DNA of 64,000 bases from Octopus vulgaris (lineage: Eukaryota): the NCBI GenBank assembly GCA_951406725.2, contig OX597830.1, forward strand, positions 39,432,001 through 39,496,000. The letters are read 5' to 3'. A program made the position numbers and the translations under genes. The notes under the pieces are model-generated. The model was not told the origin of the DNA and searched no databases. It saw only the letters and a program-made list of their open reading frames with translations. Positions 51,940 through 64,000 of the stretch are shown piece after piece; position 1 is the first letter of the stretch; each line of letters opens with the position of its first letter.

Positions 51940-53200
51940 AATCATCCTCATTGATTGTTGTTGCTGTTCATTGATATTAAGTGACTTTTCCTTTCACATA
52001 TCAGTGCATATGCATTAGCAACGAATACATTGAATAAAACTGTATTTCTTCTTAAGTTATAACTAGGTTGGAACTGATCAGTATAATCTACTTCATTCAT
52101 ATTCTGTTGTGAAGAGTAATGATTGAGAAGCAAATAATTTTTCTTCAAACTTATTCTGTCCCTTGGTTGTACGTTGTTTCTCAACGATTGCATTCATAGA
52201 TAAAAGCATTAACTCTTTAGCATTCAGATTACTCCGTCAAATGTAACATTTATTTATTGACATTGCATTGAATTAATGATGCATCATCTTACAGCTTCAA
52301 GATTTTGATGATGGGATTGCTTATTTTTAGAACAACATTGTCGGACAGGTGTGAGAGGCCAGGTCTGGTCAATTTGAACATAAAATAGGTAGAATATTTT
52401 GGTCAGACAAGGCCAGTTTAAATGCTAAAGGGTTAGATTCTTTTATCTTTTCCCATTGTCGCAACAAAGTAACATTTCTGATATTGTATTTTCAGCACAG
52501 CATACAGTGTAAGCATTCAAATATCATCACCGTCTTTTCAAAGTCTTTCTGCATTTCATATGGAATTTTTGGTCCTCCAAAGTTGTCATAGTGTATAAGT
52601 CAACCTAGCTTTTTGAGATGTGAATTTTGGTAAGAAAAGTTTGACTTGTATACAGGAGATTGAAGCATTTCATAATATCACCTTGTTCTACTAATTCTAC
52701 TTAACCAATACTTTCCCTCACCTTCTTCCTGTTCACACATACCATTCTACAAGATAGCTTCTTTTCCTTAACAGTTTAGGAATAAGTCCAAAGAAAAGAA
52801 AAAAGTTTATTCCAATAACATTGGAAGCTACATAAAAATACATGTTCTAATAAGTTGCCTATAAATTCACCTTTGACATAAACTTAGAAAACAAGCATTT
52901 TTCTTCTCCAGATATATCAAGAAATCGCTCAAATAACTCTTGTGTGGAATAGTACAAACCCAAACTTGGATATTCCTCTTCTTTAGTTCCAGTAGAATCC
53001 ACTATTTCAAATGGTTAAACAGAGTTTATTTTAATAAATAATAGCTTCATCAATCATAACTTCCACAGGTGGCCTGTAAATTTCAACAATATATCCACAC
53101 AAGATTACTCATGAGAAAATTTATCATAATCAGGAACATTCATTGAAAAATTTTGATGTTGTATCAGTAAAATAAAAACAAGTACCTATATTTTTCAAAA
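51940..53200 (-). mobile_element. Decayed piggyBac transposase with nested MITEs
   Basis: QQNMNEVDYTDQFQPSY..LFNVFVANAYAL (cf. YN..MGGVD..DQ..NAYIL) and VKEKKLSCRMVCVNRKK (cf. GTVR.NRK). Confidence 0.6.
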
Positions 53201-53394
53201 GTTCCCATCTTGTCTATGATGAAGGCATGGCCATGTGGTAAAGAAGTTCACTTTCCAATCATATTGTTTTGCGTTCAATCCCACTTGGACAAGTACCTGC
53301 TACAAAAGCCTTGTGCTATCCAAAGCTTTGTGAACAGATTACGTAGATAGAAACTGAAAGAATCCTGTTGCATGTATGTGTGTGTGTGTATATA

Positions 53395-54632
53395 TCATCA
53401 TCATCGTTTAATGTCCGCTTTCCATACTGGCATGGGTTGGATGGTTTGACTTAGGGCTGGCAAGCTAGGAGGCTGCACCAAGTTCCAATCTGATCTAGCA
53501 ATGTTTCTACAGCTAGATGCCTTTCCTAACACCAACCACTCCGAGAATGTAGTGGGTGCTTTTTACGTGTCATTGGCATGGGAGCCAATCAGGTGGTACT
53601 AACATTGACCACACTCGAATGGTGCTTTTTATGTGCCACCAGCACAGGAGCCAGTCAGGCAGCACTGGCAATGACCACGCTCAAATGGTGCTTTTCACAT
53701 GCCACTGGCACAGGAGCCAGTCCAGTGGGACTGGCATTGACCATGCTCAAATGGTGCTTTTTATATGCCACTGGCACGGCTGCCAGTCAGGCTGTACTGG
53801 CATCGGCCAAACAATGATTTTACTTCACTCAACAGATCTTCTCAAGCATAGTATGTTACCCAATGATTGAAGGGCACTTTTAAATGGGCCGGTTAAGCAA
53901 CACTGGCATAAGCCACAGCTATGGTCTCACTTGGCTTGCCGGGTCTTCTCAAGCACAGCATATCTCCAAAGGTCTCAGTAGCTTGTCATTGCCGCCATCA
54001 GGCCCAATGTTCTAAGGTCATGCTTCACTACCTCATCTCAGGTCTTCCTGGGCCTACCTTTTCCAGAGGTTCCCTCCACTGTTAGGATGTGACACTTTTT
54101 CATACAGCTGCACTCATCCATACACAACACATGAACATACCAGCACAGTCGTCTCTCTAGCACACCACATCTGATGCAACTTTTCTCTCTGTTGTGTATG
54201 CACACTGACATTACAGATCCAGCGGAGCATATTAGCTTCATTTCTTGCAAGTTTACGCATGTCCTCAGCAATTACAGCCCATGTTTCACTGCCGTGTAGC
54301 ATGGATGTTTGCCCACATGCATCATACAGTCTACCTTTCACTCTGTGCAAGAGGCCCTTTGTTACTAGCAGAGGTAGGAGCTCTATAAACTTTGCCCAGA
54401 CAATTCTTATTTTAACAGCTACACTCTCAGAGCATCCACTCCCACTACTGACTTGGTTACCTAGGTAATGGAAGCTATCAAGTACTTCTAGCTTTTCCCC
54501 CTGGCATGTGATGGAAGCTGTTTTCTGCACATCTTTAGTGTTTATTGCCCCTATGCATCTGCCACACACAAAAACTATCTTCCCAGTTAGCCTCCCTTTG
54601 ATATTGCTGCACCTCTTATGCATCCATAGATT
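53395..54632 (-). mobile_element. 5'-truncated RTE-clade LINE
   Basis: LEVLDSFHYLG..RIVWAKFIELLPLL..KGRLYDAC..MLHGSETW..LRWYVHV..GKGRPRKT; 3' UTR ending in a (GAT)n tail. Related 3' ends at about 29050, 32100, 40150, 42540, 54650 and 57500. Confidence 0.9.
53555..53810. repeat. 66-bp minisatellite (about 4 units) in RTE 3' UTR
   Basis: Units start ggtgctttt at 53555, 53621, 53687 and 53753; related units at 42680-42865. Confidence 0.85.
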
Positions 54633-54756
54633 ACACCTGGAAGTATTACCGGTGTTTGGAAACAGGCAAGGGATGGTGACAGGAAGAGCATCCAGCTGTA
54701 GAAAATCTATCTTAATGAACTCTGTTATGTGGATGTTAAAATGTTGAGAAGGTGGA

Positions 54757-54789
<33 letters not shown>

Positions 54790-55685
54790 AGAGCAGCAAC
54801 AGCAGGAGGGGGAGGAAGAGGAACAGAAGGAGCAGGGGGTGCAGAAGGAGCAGAAGTAGCAGGAGGTGCAGAAGGAGCAGAAAGGAGAAGAAGGAGCAGA
54901 AGGGGCAGGAGGAGCAGTAGCAAAGAATGACGATGATGATGACAATGGTGAGGAGGGGGAGGGGAGAAGGAGGAGAGGGGGAGGAGGAGGGAGGAGGGGA
55001 GGAGGAGGAGGGAGGAGGGGGAGAAGGAGGAGGCAGTGATGAAGGATGATGATAATGATAAAAACCATGACAGAACAAGTTCATTGACCTACAAAAATCA
55101 CAAGCAGGAACAGGGTTTATTCCAGTCTCAATCATTTGACCAAAATAGACTTCCATCTCTACATTAACTGTATCCGGTCAGCTCATGGGTGGGGGTATCA
55201 GCAATGAATGCACCACACCTCAATTAAGCCACCATTAATTCCTGCCCAAAGCCTGCATGGAATTAATAGTAGCATAGACTTTAATTATGACGTTGTTCCA
55301 TACATCTGACATTATTCTTATTCTTCTCATCCATAATCATTTTATATAGATTTAAAATATTTATCTTTATGTCATTATTGTATTGTCCTAATATTGATCC
55401 TGAAGACTCAGGCATGTTTACAGCATGGAATTGATTTTTCCCATTTGTTTACATTTGTATTGCTTTCTTCATTCTAAATTCCATGGCTGCTAATAGCAGA
55501 AATACTAATATCTGTGTTGTCTAGAATAAAACTGAAACAGTTCCTTCCAGCATTTTCAGCAACTTCACAGATAAAACTTTTAAAAATTTGTCACCAAAAG
55601 TCTTTCAAGTCAATTGAGTAAGCAACTTCGAATTGAGAAAACTGCAACAACACACAATTGAAATAGCTCTTATTTGATGCCAATA

Positions 55686-56720
55686 TTCTTTACCACTCTA
55701 GGCACAACGCCTGAAATTTTGGGGGAGGAGGCCAGTCGATTAGATCAACCCCAGTACGCAACTGGTACTTAATTCATCAACACCGAAAGGATGAAAGACA
55801 AAGTCGACCTTGGCAGATTTTGAGCTAAGAACGTAAAGACAGATGAAATACCTATTTCTTTATTACCCATAAGGGGCTAAACACAGAGGGGACAAACAAG
55901 GACAGACATAGGTATTAAGTCGATTACATCGACCCCAGTGTGTAACTGGTACTTAATTTATCGACCCCGAAAGGATGAAAGGCAAAGTTGACCTCAGCGG
56001 AATTTGAACTCACAATGTAACGGCAGACGAAATGCAGCTAAGCATTTCGCCCAGTGTACTAACATTTCAGCCAGCTCCCTGCCTTTGTCAACGAACATAT
56101 TCTTTTCTACTCAAGGCACAAGGCCTGAAATTTTGGGGAAGGGGGCCAGTCGATTAGATCAACCCCAGTACGCAACTCATACTTAATTTATTGACCCTGA
56201 AAGGCTGAAAGGCAAAATCAATCTTGGTGGAATTTGAACTCAGAACGTAAAGACAGACAAAACACTGCTAAGCATTTCACCCAGCATGCTAATGTTTCTG
56301 CTAGCTTGCTGCCTTTTTAAAAAGAGAATCTTTTCTACTCTAGGCACAAGGCCCAAAATTTGGTGGGGGGGGAGCCATTCAATTAGATCAACCCCAATAT
56401 GCAACTGGTACTTAATTTATCGACCTAGAAAGGATGAAAGACAAAGTCGACCTCCGTAGAATTTGAACTCAGAAAGTATAGACAGATGAAATACAGCTAA
56501 GCATTTCACCCGGCGTGCTAACATTCCTGCTAGATCGCCGACTTCACACACTAAAAAGGCAGTTAGCTGGCAGAACCATTAACACTTAGCAGCATTTCAT
56601 CTGTCTTTGTGTTCTGAGTTCAGATTCTGCTAAGGTCGACTTTGCCTTTCATCCTTTCAAGGTTAATAAAATAACCACCAGCTGAACACAGGAGTCAATG
56701 TAATTAACTTACTCCATTCT
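55686..56720 (-). mobile_element. Tandem cluster of four SINE family B copies followed by an inverted copy
   Basis: The aggatgaaag(g/a)caaagt core recurs near 55790, 55975, 56205 and 56432; a plus copy follows at 56555-56720. Confidence 0.85.
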
Positions 56721-56874
56721 TCAATGTTGCACACCAAAACTTATCAATAACAATTGTCAAATGTTTTTCCGATCTTTCAATATTAGAAATTCCCATAGCA
56801 ATTAAATATATAAGCAAAATGACTTAAACAGTTTAAATCTTTTGGTGCCATATTTCTAATGGAACACACTGCTA

Positions 56875-56998
56875 TTATTTACATTTGATGGATGTTTGTT
56901 GTTAACACATTTCAGCTGATATCCTCTCCAGCCTTCATCAGGTATCTTGGGGAAATTTCGAACCTGGATTCTCATTCCTAAGGTATTTTTTTATGTTG

Positions 56999-57097
<99 letters not shown>

Positions 57098-57162
57098 CCT
57101 TATTATTATTATTATTATATCATTATTATTATTATTATTAATATTATTATTATTATTATTAA

Positions 57163-57210
<48 letters not shown>

Positions 57211-57282
57211 TCAAGTCACTGCCTGGAATCGAACTCAGAATCTTAAGGTTAGTAAATAATGTACATAATTCCTCATCTCTTT
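56875..57282 (-). mobile_element. Hammerhead SINE-like element, copy D (5'-truncated, inverted tail piece)
   Basis: Reverse-complement copy with expanded (AAT)n; 57255-57282 aataatgtacataattcctcatctctt is the element tail in plus orientation. Confidence 0.75.
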
Positions 57283-58393
57283 TGTTTCAATTAATTTTGA
57301 AAACTATGAAGAATTTATAAAAATAATTTTGACATTATTGAATCGGTGTTTGGAATGCAAATAAACATGAAATTTTGATGAAGGTTTTAATTTTGATCAC
57401 TTTAGGACAGGAAGTCTGTATCAAGAAACCAGGGCCTTGTTGGGTCAAAGCCCACTGATGCAGAAAACTTTGTAAATACAGTTTGGACAGTTTGACAAGA
57501 GCCGTTAAGGAAGAGGACTGTGCCAAGCTCCACTGTCTGCTCTGGCATGGTTTTTAGAGCTGGATACCCTTCCTAATGCCAACCATTTTACAGAGTGAGA
57601 GTGGATTGGGGGCTTTTTTACATAACATCAACACTGGTGAGGTCTGCTTTGGCATGGTTTCTACAGCTGGACGCCTTTCCAAACAGTAGCCACTTTACAG
57701 AGTGGACTGGATGCTTTTTACATGGCATCGGCAAGTAACTTGTAAGACAAAGATCCTTTGAGAGTGGGGTGGATATAGAAAGGAGTGACTTTGTGCCTGA
57801 TAATGAAGGGTTAGTGTATGACGGAAGGACAAGTATGAGAAAACATGTAGTTAATGAAATCTCTTTTTTTAAATTAATAAGAAATAAAGATTTGTCCCTG
57901 CTTTAACACTGCCATTATTTTAACTCCTTAACAAATTCTGACACTCATTTAAGCATAGATTGCTCTTGTTTAATGGATCTCTACGTTTACATTTTTCATT
58001 ATGCTCTCCATCACCATCTCCTTGTTCCAAAATAATCTTCAGATATTTATTTTGAACATCAGAGATTAAGAATTGAAAATCGCTCCAAAATGGTCTTCAG
58101 GTATATATTTTGAATTTCAAAGATTAGCATTTCAAAATCTGCAAAGAAAATTTATTTTTATTTATGAAAAAAATAATTTGTTCAAAATCAGTAAATGATT
58201 AGGGTTAGGGGATTTGGAGCAAAGGATTTGTACTTTTCTCTCTTTTTTTTTTTATTTCAATATGTCTTGTTTCTGTTTGAAATGCACAAATAACTGTATT
58301 TTATTTGTGTATGTAATTACATTATATTTTCAACCTTAGTAAACAAAAACTATAACAAAAGCATTTTAAATTTCCAGAAAATAAAACAACTAA

Positions 58394-58415
58394 TACATAC
58401 ATGCATGCTTGCATG

Positions 58416-58477
<62 letters not shown>

Positions 58478-58790
58478 TACATACAAACACACATACATAC
58501 ACACACACACATTTACATACATATATACACACATACCTACACACACACACGTACATACATACATACATACAGACACACACACATACATACACACACACAT
58601 ACATACATACATACATACATACACACACACGTACATACATACATACATACATACATACACACATGCATACACACATACATGCACACACACACGTACATAC
58701 ATACATACATACATACATACATACATACATACATACATACATACATACATACATACATACACGCATGCACGCACATACATACATACATAC
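58394..58790. repeat. (CA)n/(CATA)n compound microsatellite
   Basis: Direct reading. Confidence 0.95.
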
Positions 58791-59207
58791 TGAAAGGGAA
58801 AAGGATTTCATAGGCAAATAAAACATTATGCACTTCAAATATAAGCAAAATACATTTATATACTTCAGCTGCAAATGAAAAAAATGCATGCATTCATACA
58901 ATACATAAAAGCACAGCAGCTGAAAATCTTCTAACCATAATCAATTTCTGATTAAAAAAAAAAATTATTTTAGTTCATAAATCAATTCTTTTAAAAATTG
59001 AGACAAATCAGTTTCCTTTTTTATTTTTGCAGATTCCAAATTGCTAATATTGAAACCATAACAACCAAAAGCCATTTATTAAACAAACAAACAAACAAAG
59101 CATGATCGTAAAAATAATAGTTACAAGGACAGTAAGACTTGGATACTAGATTTTTACCTGTTACCCAGTTTAACACAAGCACCTGGCACCTTGGGTGTCT
59201 CTAGTGC

Positions 59208-59452
59208 AGTGGTTCTCAACTGGAGGTCCAGATGGCCCTTGGGGGTTCATATCAGATTTTATTGCTAAAATTTATGTGGTTATATTTCTACAATGCACAA
59301 AATATTTTAGTAATTTTTTTAATACAATTCCTAATAATATTTAATGATAAAAATACAAAAAGGACTTTTTAAACATCAAATGACTATGAAGATCCATCTG
59401 CATCATATGGAAATCAAAGGGGTTCATAGATTAAAAAAAACGGTTGAGAAAC
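59208..59452. mobile_element. hAT MITE, second copy
   Basis: cagtggttctcaac ... ggttgagaaac; interior homologous to 25018-25271. Confidence 0.75.
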
Positions 59453-59489
59453 TTGCATTCACAGTTTTATATCTTTTTTTTTATCTTAT

Positions 59490-59879
59490 AATTGTTTCAG
59501 TCATTTGACTATGACCATGCTAGAGCACTACCTTGAAGGCTTTTAGTCAAATGATTCAACCCCTGTACTTATTTCCTTTTAAGCCTGGTGCTTATTCTAT
59601 TAGTCTCTTTAGCTGAACTGCTAAGTTACAGAGATGCAAAAAGACCAACACTGGTTGTCAAGCAGTGGGGAGGGACAAAGACAAACACACAACTAGATAT
59701 ATACACATATATACATACAAACATACACCTATATATATATATATATAGGCACAGAAGTGGCTGTGTGGTAAGTAACTTGCCAGGTTCAGTCCCACTGCGT
59801 GGCACCTTCTACTATAGCCTCGGGCCGACCAAAGCCTTGTGAGTGGATTTGGTAGACGGAAACTGAAAGAAGCCTGTTG

Positions 59880-59914
<35 letters not shown>

Positions 59915-60278
59915 ATGTTTGTCCCCCCACCCTCACCAACATCGCTTGACAACCGATGCTGGTGTGTTTATGTCCTTGTCACTTAGCGGTTCAGCAAGAG
60001 AGACCGATAGAATAAGTACTAGGCTTACAAAGAATAAGTCCTGGGGTTGATCTGCTCGACTAAAGGTGGTGCTCCAGCATGGCCACAGTCAAATGACTGA
60101 AACAAATAAAAGAATAAAAGAATACATATACAACAGGCTTCTTCCAGTTTCCACTCATAAGGTTTTGGTTAGCCTGAAGCTATAGTAGAAGACACTTGCC
60201 CAAAGTAACATACAATGGGACTGAACTAGGAAACATAGGGTTGGCAAGTAAACTTGTGACCACACAGTCATGCCTGCA
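59490..60278 (-). mobile_element. SINE family A with a younger inverted copy nested at 59747-60122
   Basis: Outer minus copy interrupted at its microsatellite by a plus copy. Confidence 0.85.
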
Positions 60279-60848
60279 ACAATACATTTCCACTAAATTA
60301 TATACAGAAAAAAGTTCTACAACTGTAAATCCACTAACCCTAATCAATATATAATTAATGAAAAGTTTTAAAATTAAAACAACATTTCTTTCTCTGTGTG
60401 AGTGGATTCTGAATTTCTGATATTCAAAACTTTAAATTCCAAAGACCATTTCTGTCTGTTCAGGCAAACACAATAAAAAAAATGTATATAATTCTCAGTT
60501 GAATTGGACAGTACTTTTTAATTGCATCTTCCAATTAAAAGAAAATCCTTGGAAAAAAAATTATAATTTCTCGCCATGGTAACAGAAATAAATCTTGAAC
60601 ATTCTGTATTTAGTACCATTTCATGTTGCTCTAGTCCACTGAGCTAGTAAAAGTGGGTTATCCTACAATGAACTGGTGTCCCATATAGAGAGGAATATAT
60701 TCGTCCCATAAGAACCACAAATCTGGCCCTATGCTCCTTAAGGAGTAATGTGGACTGACCAAACCTAATCTTTTAGTATCATCACAATTTAAATAATGAA
60801 CTAAATTATGAATTTCAAAGGTAGAAATAGTGATGTGGAGTTACTTAC

Positions 60849-60960
60849 AGCCAAATGGGTTGGTACTTTTAAATGTGATATTCAATGGAAAGTTCCAGAC
60901 ATGTACTTGACGTCTGTCAGGACTTTTCTTTGTCACTTGGGTAATGCCCTCCTCCAAACC
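60849..60960 (-). CDS. B9D1: B9 domain-containing protein 1, internal coding exon (112 nt)
   Basis: Minus strand ttgttgcag|GGTTTG...TTTGGCT|gtaagt; translates [37 protein letters not shown](W), matching B9D1 (vertebrate [38 protein letters not shown], recalled). Confidence 0.96.
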
Positions 60961-61899
60961 CTGCAACAACACAAAGAAAAGAAAACATCACCATCTTCTT
61001 AAAAAATGCAAAAGATAGGAAAGAAGGACACAAAGAATAATGTAGAATAGAAAAGAGAACTGGAAAGGAAAGAAAATTAAAAGGGGATGGTCACAGCTGG
61101 AATTTTGATCATAAGTCTGCTTCTTTAAAATTTAGAGTTATCTCTGAGTTGAACAACAACAACATAAATAAAAAATATAGACCGTACAAAAAAGTGTAAG
61201 TGAAAAGTGAAGGCATTCCCTGCTGGATGCATCTCTCTTCATGCCTGAAGGATTTGGCTGTACAACTAAATGAAGGCACATGGCTTAGTGGTTAGGGTGT
61301 TGGACTCAAGATCGTAAGATTGTGGTTTCAATTCCTGACTGGGCAATGTGTTGTGTTCTTGACCAAAACACTTCATTTCACGTTGCTCCAGTCTACTCAG
61401 AAGGTAAAAATAAGCAGTCCTGTGGTGGATTGGTGTCCCATTCAGGAGGAATATATACACCAGAGAAACTGAGAAACCAGCCCTAATGTGTACTAACCCC
61501 TAATTCTTTAATGCTGCAGTGCTAACTTGATACTGATGAGGCCCTTTGTTAGTTTCGATACTCATTATTTCGAGCTCTGTTATACACAACATTTCTACCT
61601 GACACTGTAAGGTCAAGGGGTCTCTTTAAGTCTCTTGCTGTTGCCTCCATAAAATGCACCCAGTAACCCCTGTAAAATGGTTGACACTTGGAATGTGCAT
61701 CAAGCCACAGCAATAAAAACACAATGAAACAAGTGTAGGACACAGTCCTGCAACTTGTCCAGGAGGTCAATAATTAAAAATAAAATCTGACTTGGACCAC
61801 AAAGACTCCATGCAACCATGCCAACATGGGAAGCACTTGATGATGATGATGATGAAGGGGATAATCTTGGCTATACTCCTACACCGCGTTGTATTGTTT

Positions 61900-62130
61900 A
61901 AGGCGACGAGCTGGCAGAATTGTTAGCACGCCGGGCAAAATGCGTAGCCGTATTTCGTCTGTCGTTACGTTCTGAGTTCAAATTCCGCCGAGGTCGACTT
62001 TACCTTTCATCCTTTCGGGGTCGATAATTTAAGTACCAGTTACGCACTGGGGTCGATGTAATCGACTTAATCCCTTTGTCTGTCTTTGTTTGTCCCCTCT
62101 ATATTTAGCCCCTTGTGGGTAATAAAGAAA
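61900..62130 (+). mobile_element. tRNA-derived SINE family B (Nin-domain-like core)
   Basis: aaggcgacgagctggcagaa...gagttcaaattcc head plus cctttcatcctttcggggtcgataa core. Other copies at about 14110(+), 30605(-), 33135(+), 42315(-), 42885(-), 45220(+), 47112(-), 56555(+), 62890(-) and 63368(-). Confidence 0.85.
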
Positions 62131-62479
62131 CATATATTATGTCATACAACCACTGCATTACATAATAAAGAAAAACAAGCAAAATTACAGTATCTCATTG
62201 CACTATTCCATATGTAATGTGATGCTGTGTGCGCATGTGTCTTTATCTGCTTGTTGCTTGTACCATTCTTTGGACTATGGCCATGCTGGGGCACCACCTT
62301 GAAAGGTTTTAGTTTATTAGATTGACCCCAGTACTTGTTTTTCAAGTTTGGAATTTACTCTATCAATCTCTTTTGCTGAACCACTAAGTTACAGCGGTGT
62401 AAACAAATCAGCACCAGTTATCAAGCGAGGAGAGAGTAACACACACACACACACACACACATCTATATGTATCTCTTTC

Positions 62480-62680
62480 ACTATTTTACTTGTTTCAGTC
62501 ATTTGACCTATAGATGAGCAAATCAACCCCAGGACTTATTCTTTATAAGCCTAGCACTTATTCTATTAGTCTCTTTTGCCGAACCGCTAAATTACAGGGA
62601 TGTAAACACACCAGCATCGGTTGTCAAGTGACGATGGGGAGGACAAACACAGATACACAAGCATATACACACACACATTC

Positions 62681-62711
<31 letters not shown>

Positions 62712-62870
62712 CGACGGGCTTCTTTCAGTTTCTGTCTACCAAATCCACTCACAAGGCTTTGGTCAGCCCTAGGTTATAGTAGAAGACACTTGCTCAAGGT
62801 GCCACGCAGTGGGACTGAACCCAGATCCATGTGATTGGTAAGCAAGCTACTTACCACACACCCACTCCTG
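62480..62870 (-). mobile_element. SINE family A
   Basis: Homologous to 1468-1930. Confidence 0.88.
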
Positions 62871-64000
62871 ATAGACTTCTGCATAGTTTCTTATTTCTTT
62901 ATTGCCCACAAGGGGCTAAACATAGAGGGGACAAACAAGGACAGACAAAGGGATTAAGTCGACTATATTGACCCCAGTGCATAACTGATACTTAATTTAT
63001 CTACCCCAAAAGGATGAAAGGCAAAGTCGACCTTGGCAGAATTTGAACTCAGAACGTAACAGCAGACGAAATACCGCTAAGCATTTTGCCCGGCGTACTA
63101 ATGTTTCTACCAGCTCGCCACCTTCTGCACAGTTTCTGTCTACCAATTTCATTTACAAGGCATTGGTTGACCTGGGGCTATAGTAGAAGACACTTGCTCA
63201 AAGTGCCATGCAATGGGACTGAACCTAAAACCATGTGGTTGCAAAAAGGACTCCTTAACCACACAATTTATATGAATTATATATAAAAAAGATGTCCCTA
63301 TTTCATTCATTCTCACACCACTCTGGCACCTAAGCAAACTGACATACATAGAAAATTAAAATATAATGTTTCTTTATTGCCCACAAGGGGCTAAGCACAG
63401 AGGGGACAAATAAGGACAGACAAAAGGATTATGTTAAATACATCAACCTCAGTGCATAACTGGTACTTAATTTATCAACCCCGAAAGGATGAAAGGCGAA
63501 GTCGACTTCAGTGGAATTTTGAACTCAGAAATGCCGCTAAGCATTTCGCCCAACGTGCTAACATTTCTGCCAGCTCGCAGCCTTTAAAATTAAAATATAA
63601 TGCACAATCACATGCCTGCTGGGGCTTTGAACTCACTATCTCTCAGATGGTCATCCAATACTTTATCTTCGCTGCCACTTGATACTACCACTACTACCAT
63701 CTGCTGGCCAATATTAATTCATTTATTAATTCCATCACAGCACAAGCCACGACATGTCAAAATGATTCACTGGTGGACAATAAGGACCAGTAATCAAATT
63801 ACTAAGTTTAGACTGCGATCGATAAATCCTCTTCTTCATGTCTGTCTGTTTTCTATTTTAGCTCATTAAGAAAAATGACAGAAAAGATATTAAAACAGGA
63901 AATAAATAACCAACATAAAAAAATGAAAAAAATCATTTTGAAAAACCAGCAACTTTTTCTCTCTCTCTTTTTTTTTTTTTTTTTTGAGGTTCCCTGCATT

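Noticed and set aside
53555-53810. CRISPR-like periodic array
   Set aside because: Whole 66-bp units repeat with no unique spacers; eukaryotic context inside an RTE 3' UTR; no cas genes.
54114-54923. 269-aa ORF as a host gene
   Set aside because: Chance fusion of a (CAG/GAG)n repeat, an inverted RTE 3' end and an RTE RT fragment.
58198-58212. Telomeric TTAGGG repeats (also near 60335)
   Set aside because: Only two units; not an interstitial telomere array.
61000-64000. B9D1 upstream exons
   Set aside because: No sequence encoding the expected N-terminal motifs (LYCKY..GxDW) with splice sites was found; presumably beyond the window.

Overview
AT-rich, microsatellite-dense eukaryotic genomic DNA; the repeat content (tRNA-derived SINE families, RTE, Dong/R4, Penelope-like and DNA transposon relics) is typical of an Octopus genome (inference). 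Almost all ORFs in the supplied track are microsatellite or repeat artefacts. One host gene is well supported: the 3' four coding exons of B9D1 on the minus strand (60849-60960, 44481-44577, 36245-36375, 29859-30001); its 5' exons were not found and probably lie right of the window. One or two weaker candidate exons lie at 13.3 and 15.9 kb. The rest is nested mobile DNA: hAT, Buster, mariner, piggyBac and Helitron-like relics, MITEs and dozens of SINEs. The most interesting signal is a set of type I hammerhead-ribozyme motifs in two contexts. (i) Large fold-back Penelope-like inserts sitting in (TA)n, including a 1.45-kb near-perfect palindrome in a B9D1 intron. (ii) A four-copy tRNA-headed SINE-like element that carries a minimal hammerhead and shows Penelope-style inverted ends, a candidate ribozyme-bearing SINE mobilised by Penelope-like elements. 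Repeat boundaries are approximate; exon and ribozyme coordinates were read base by base.
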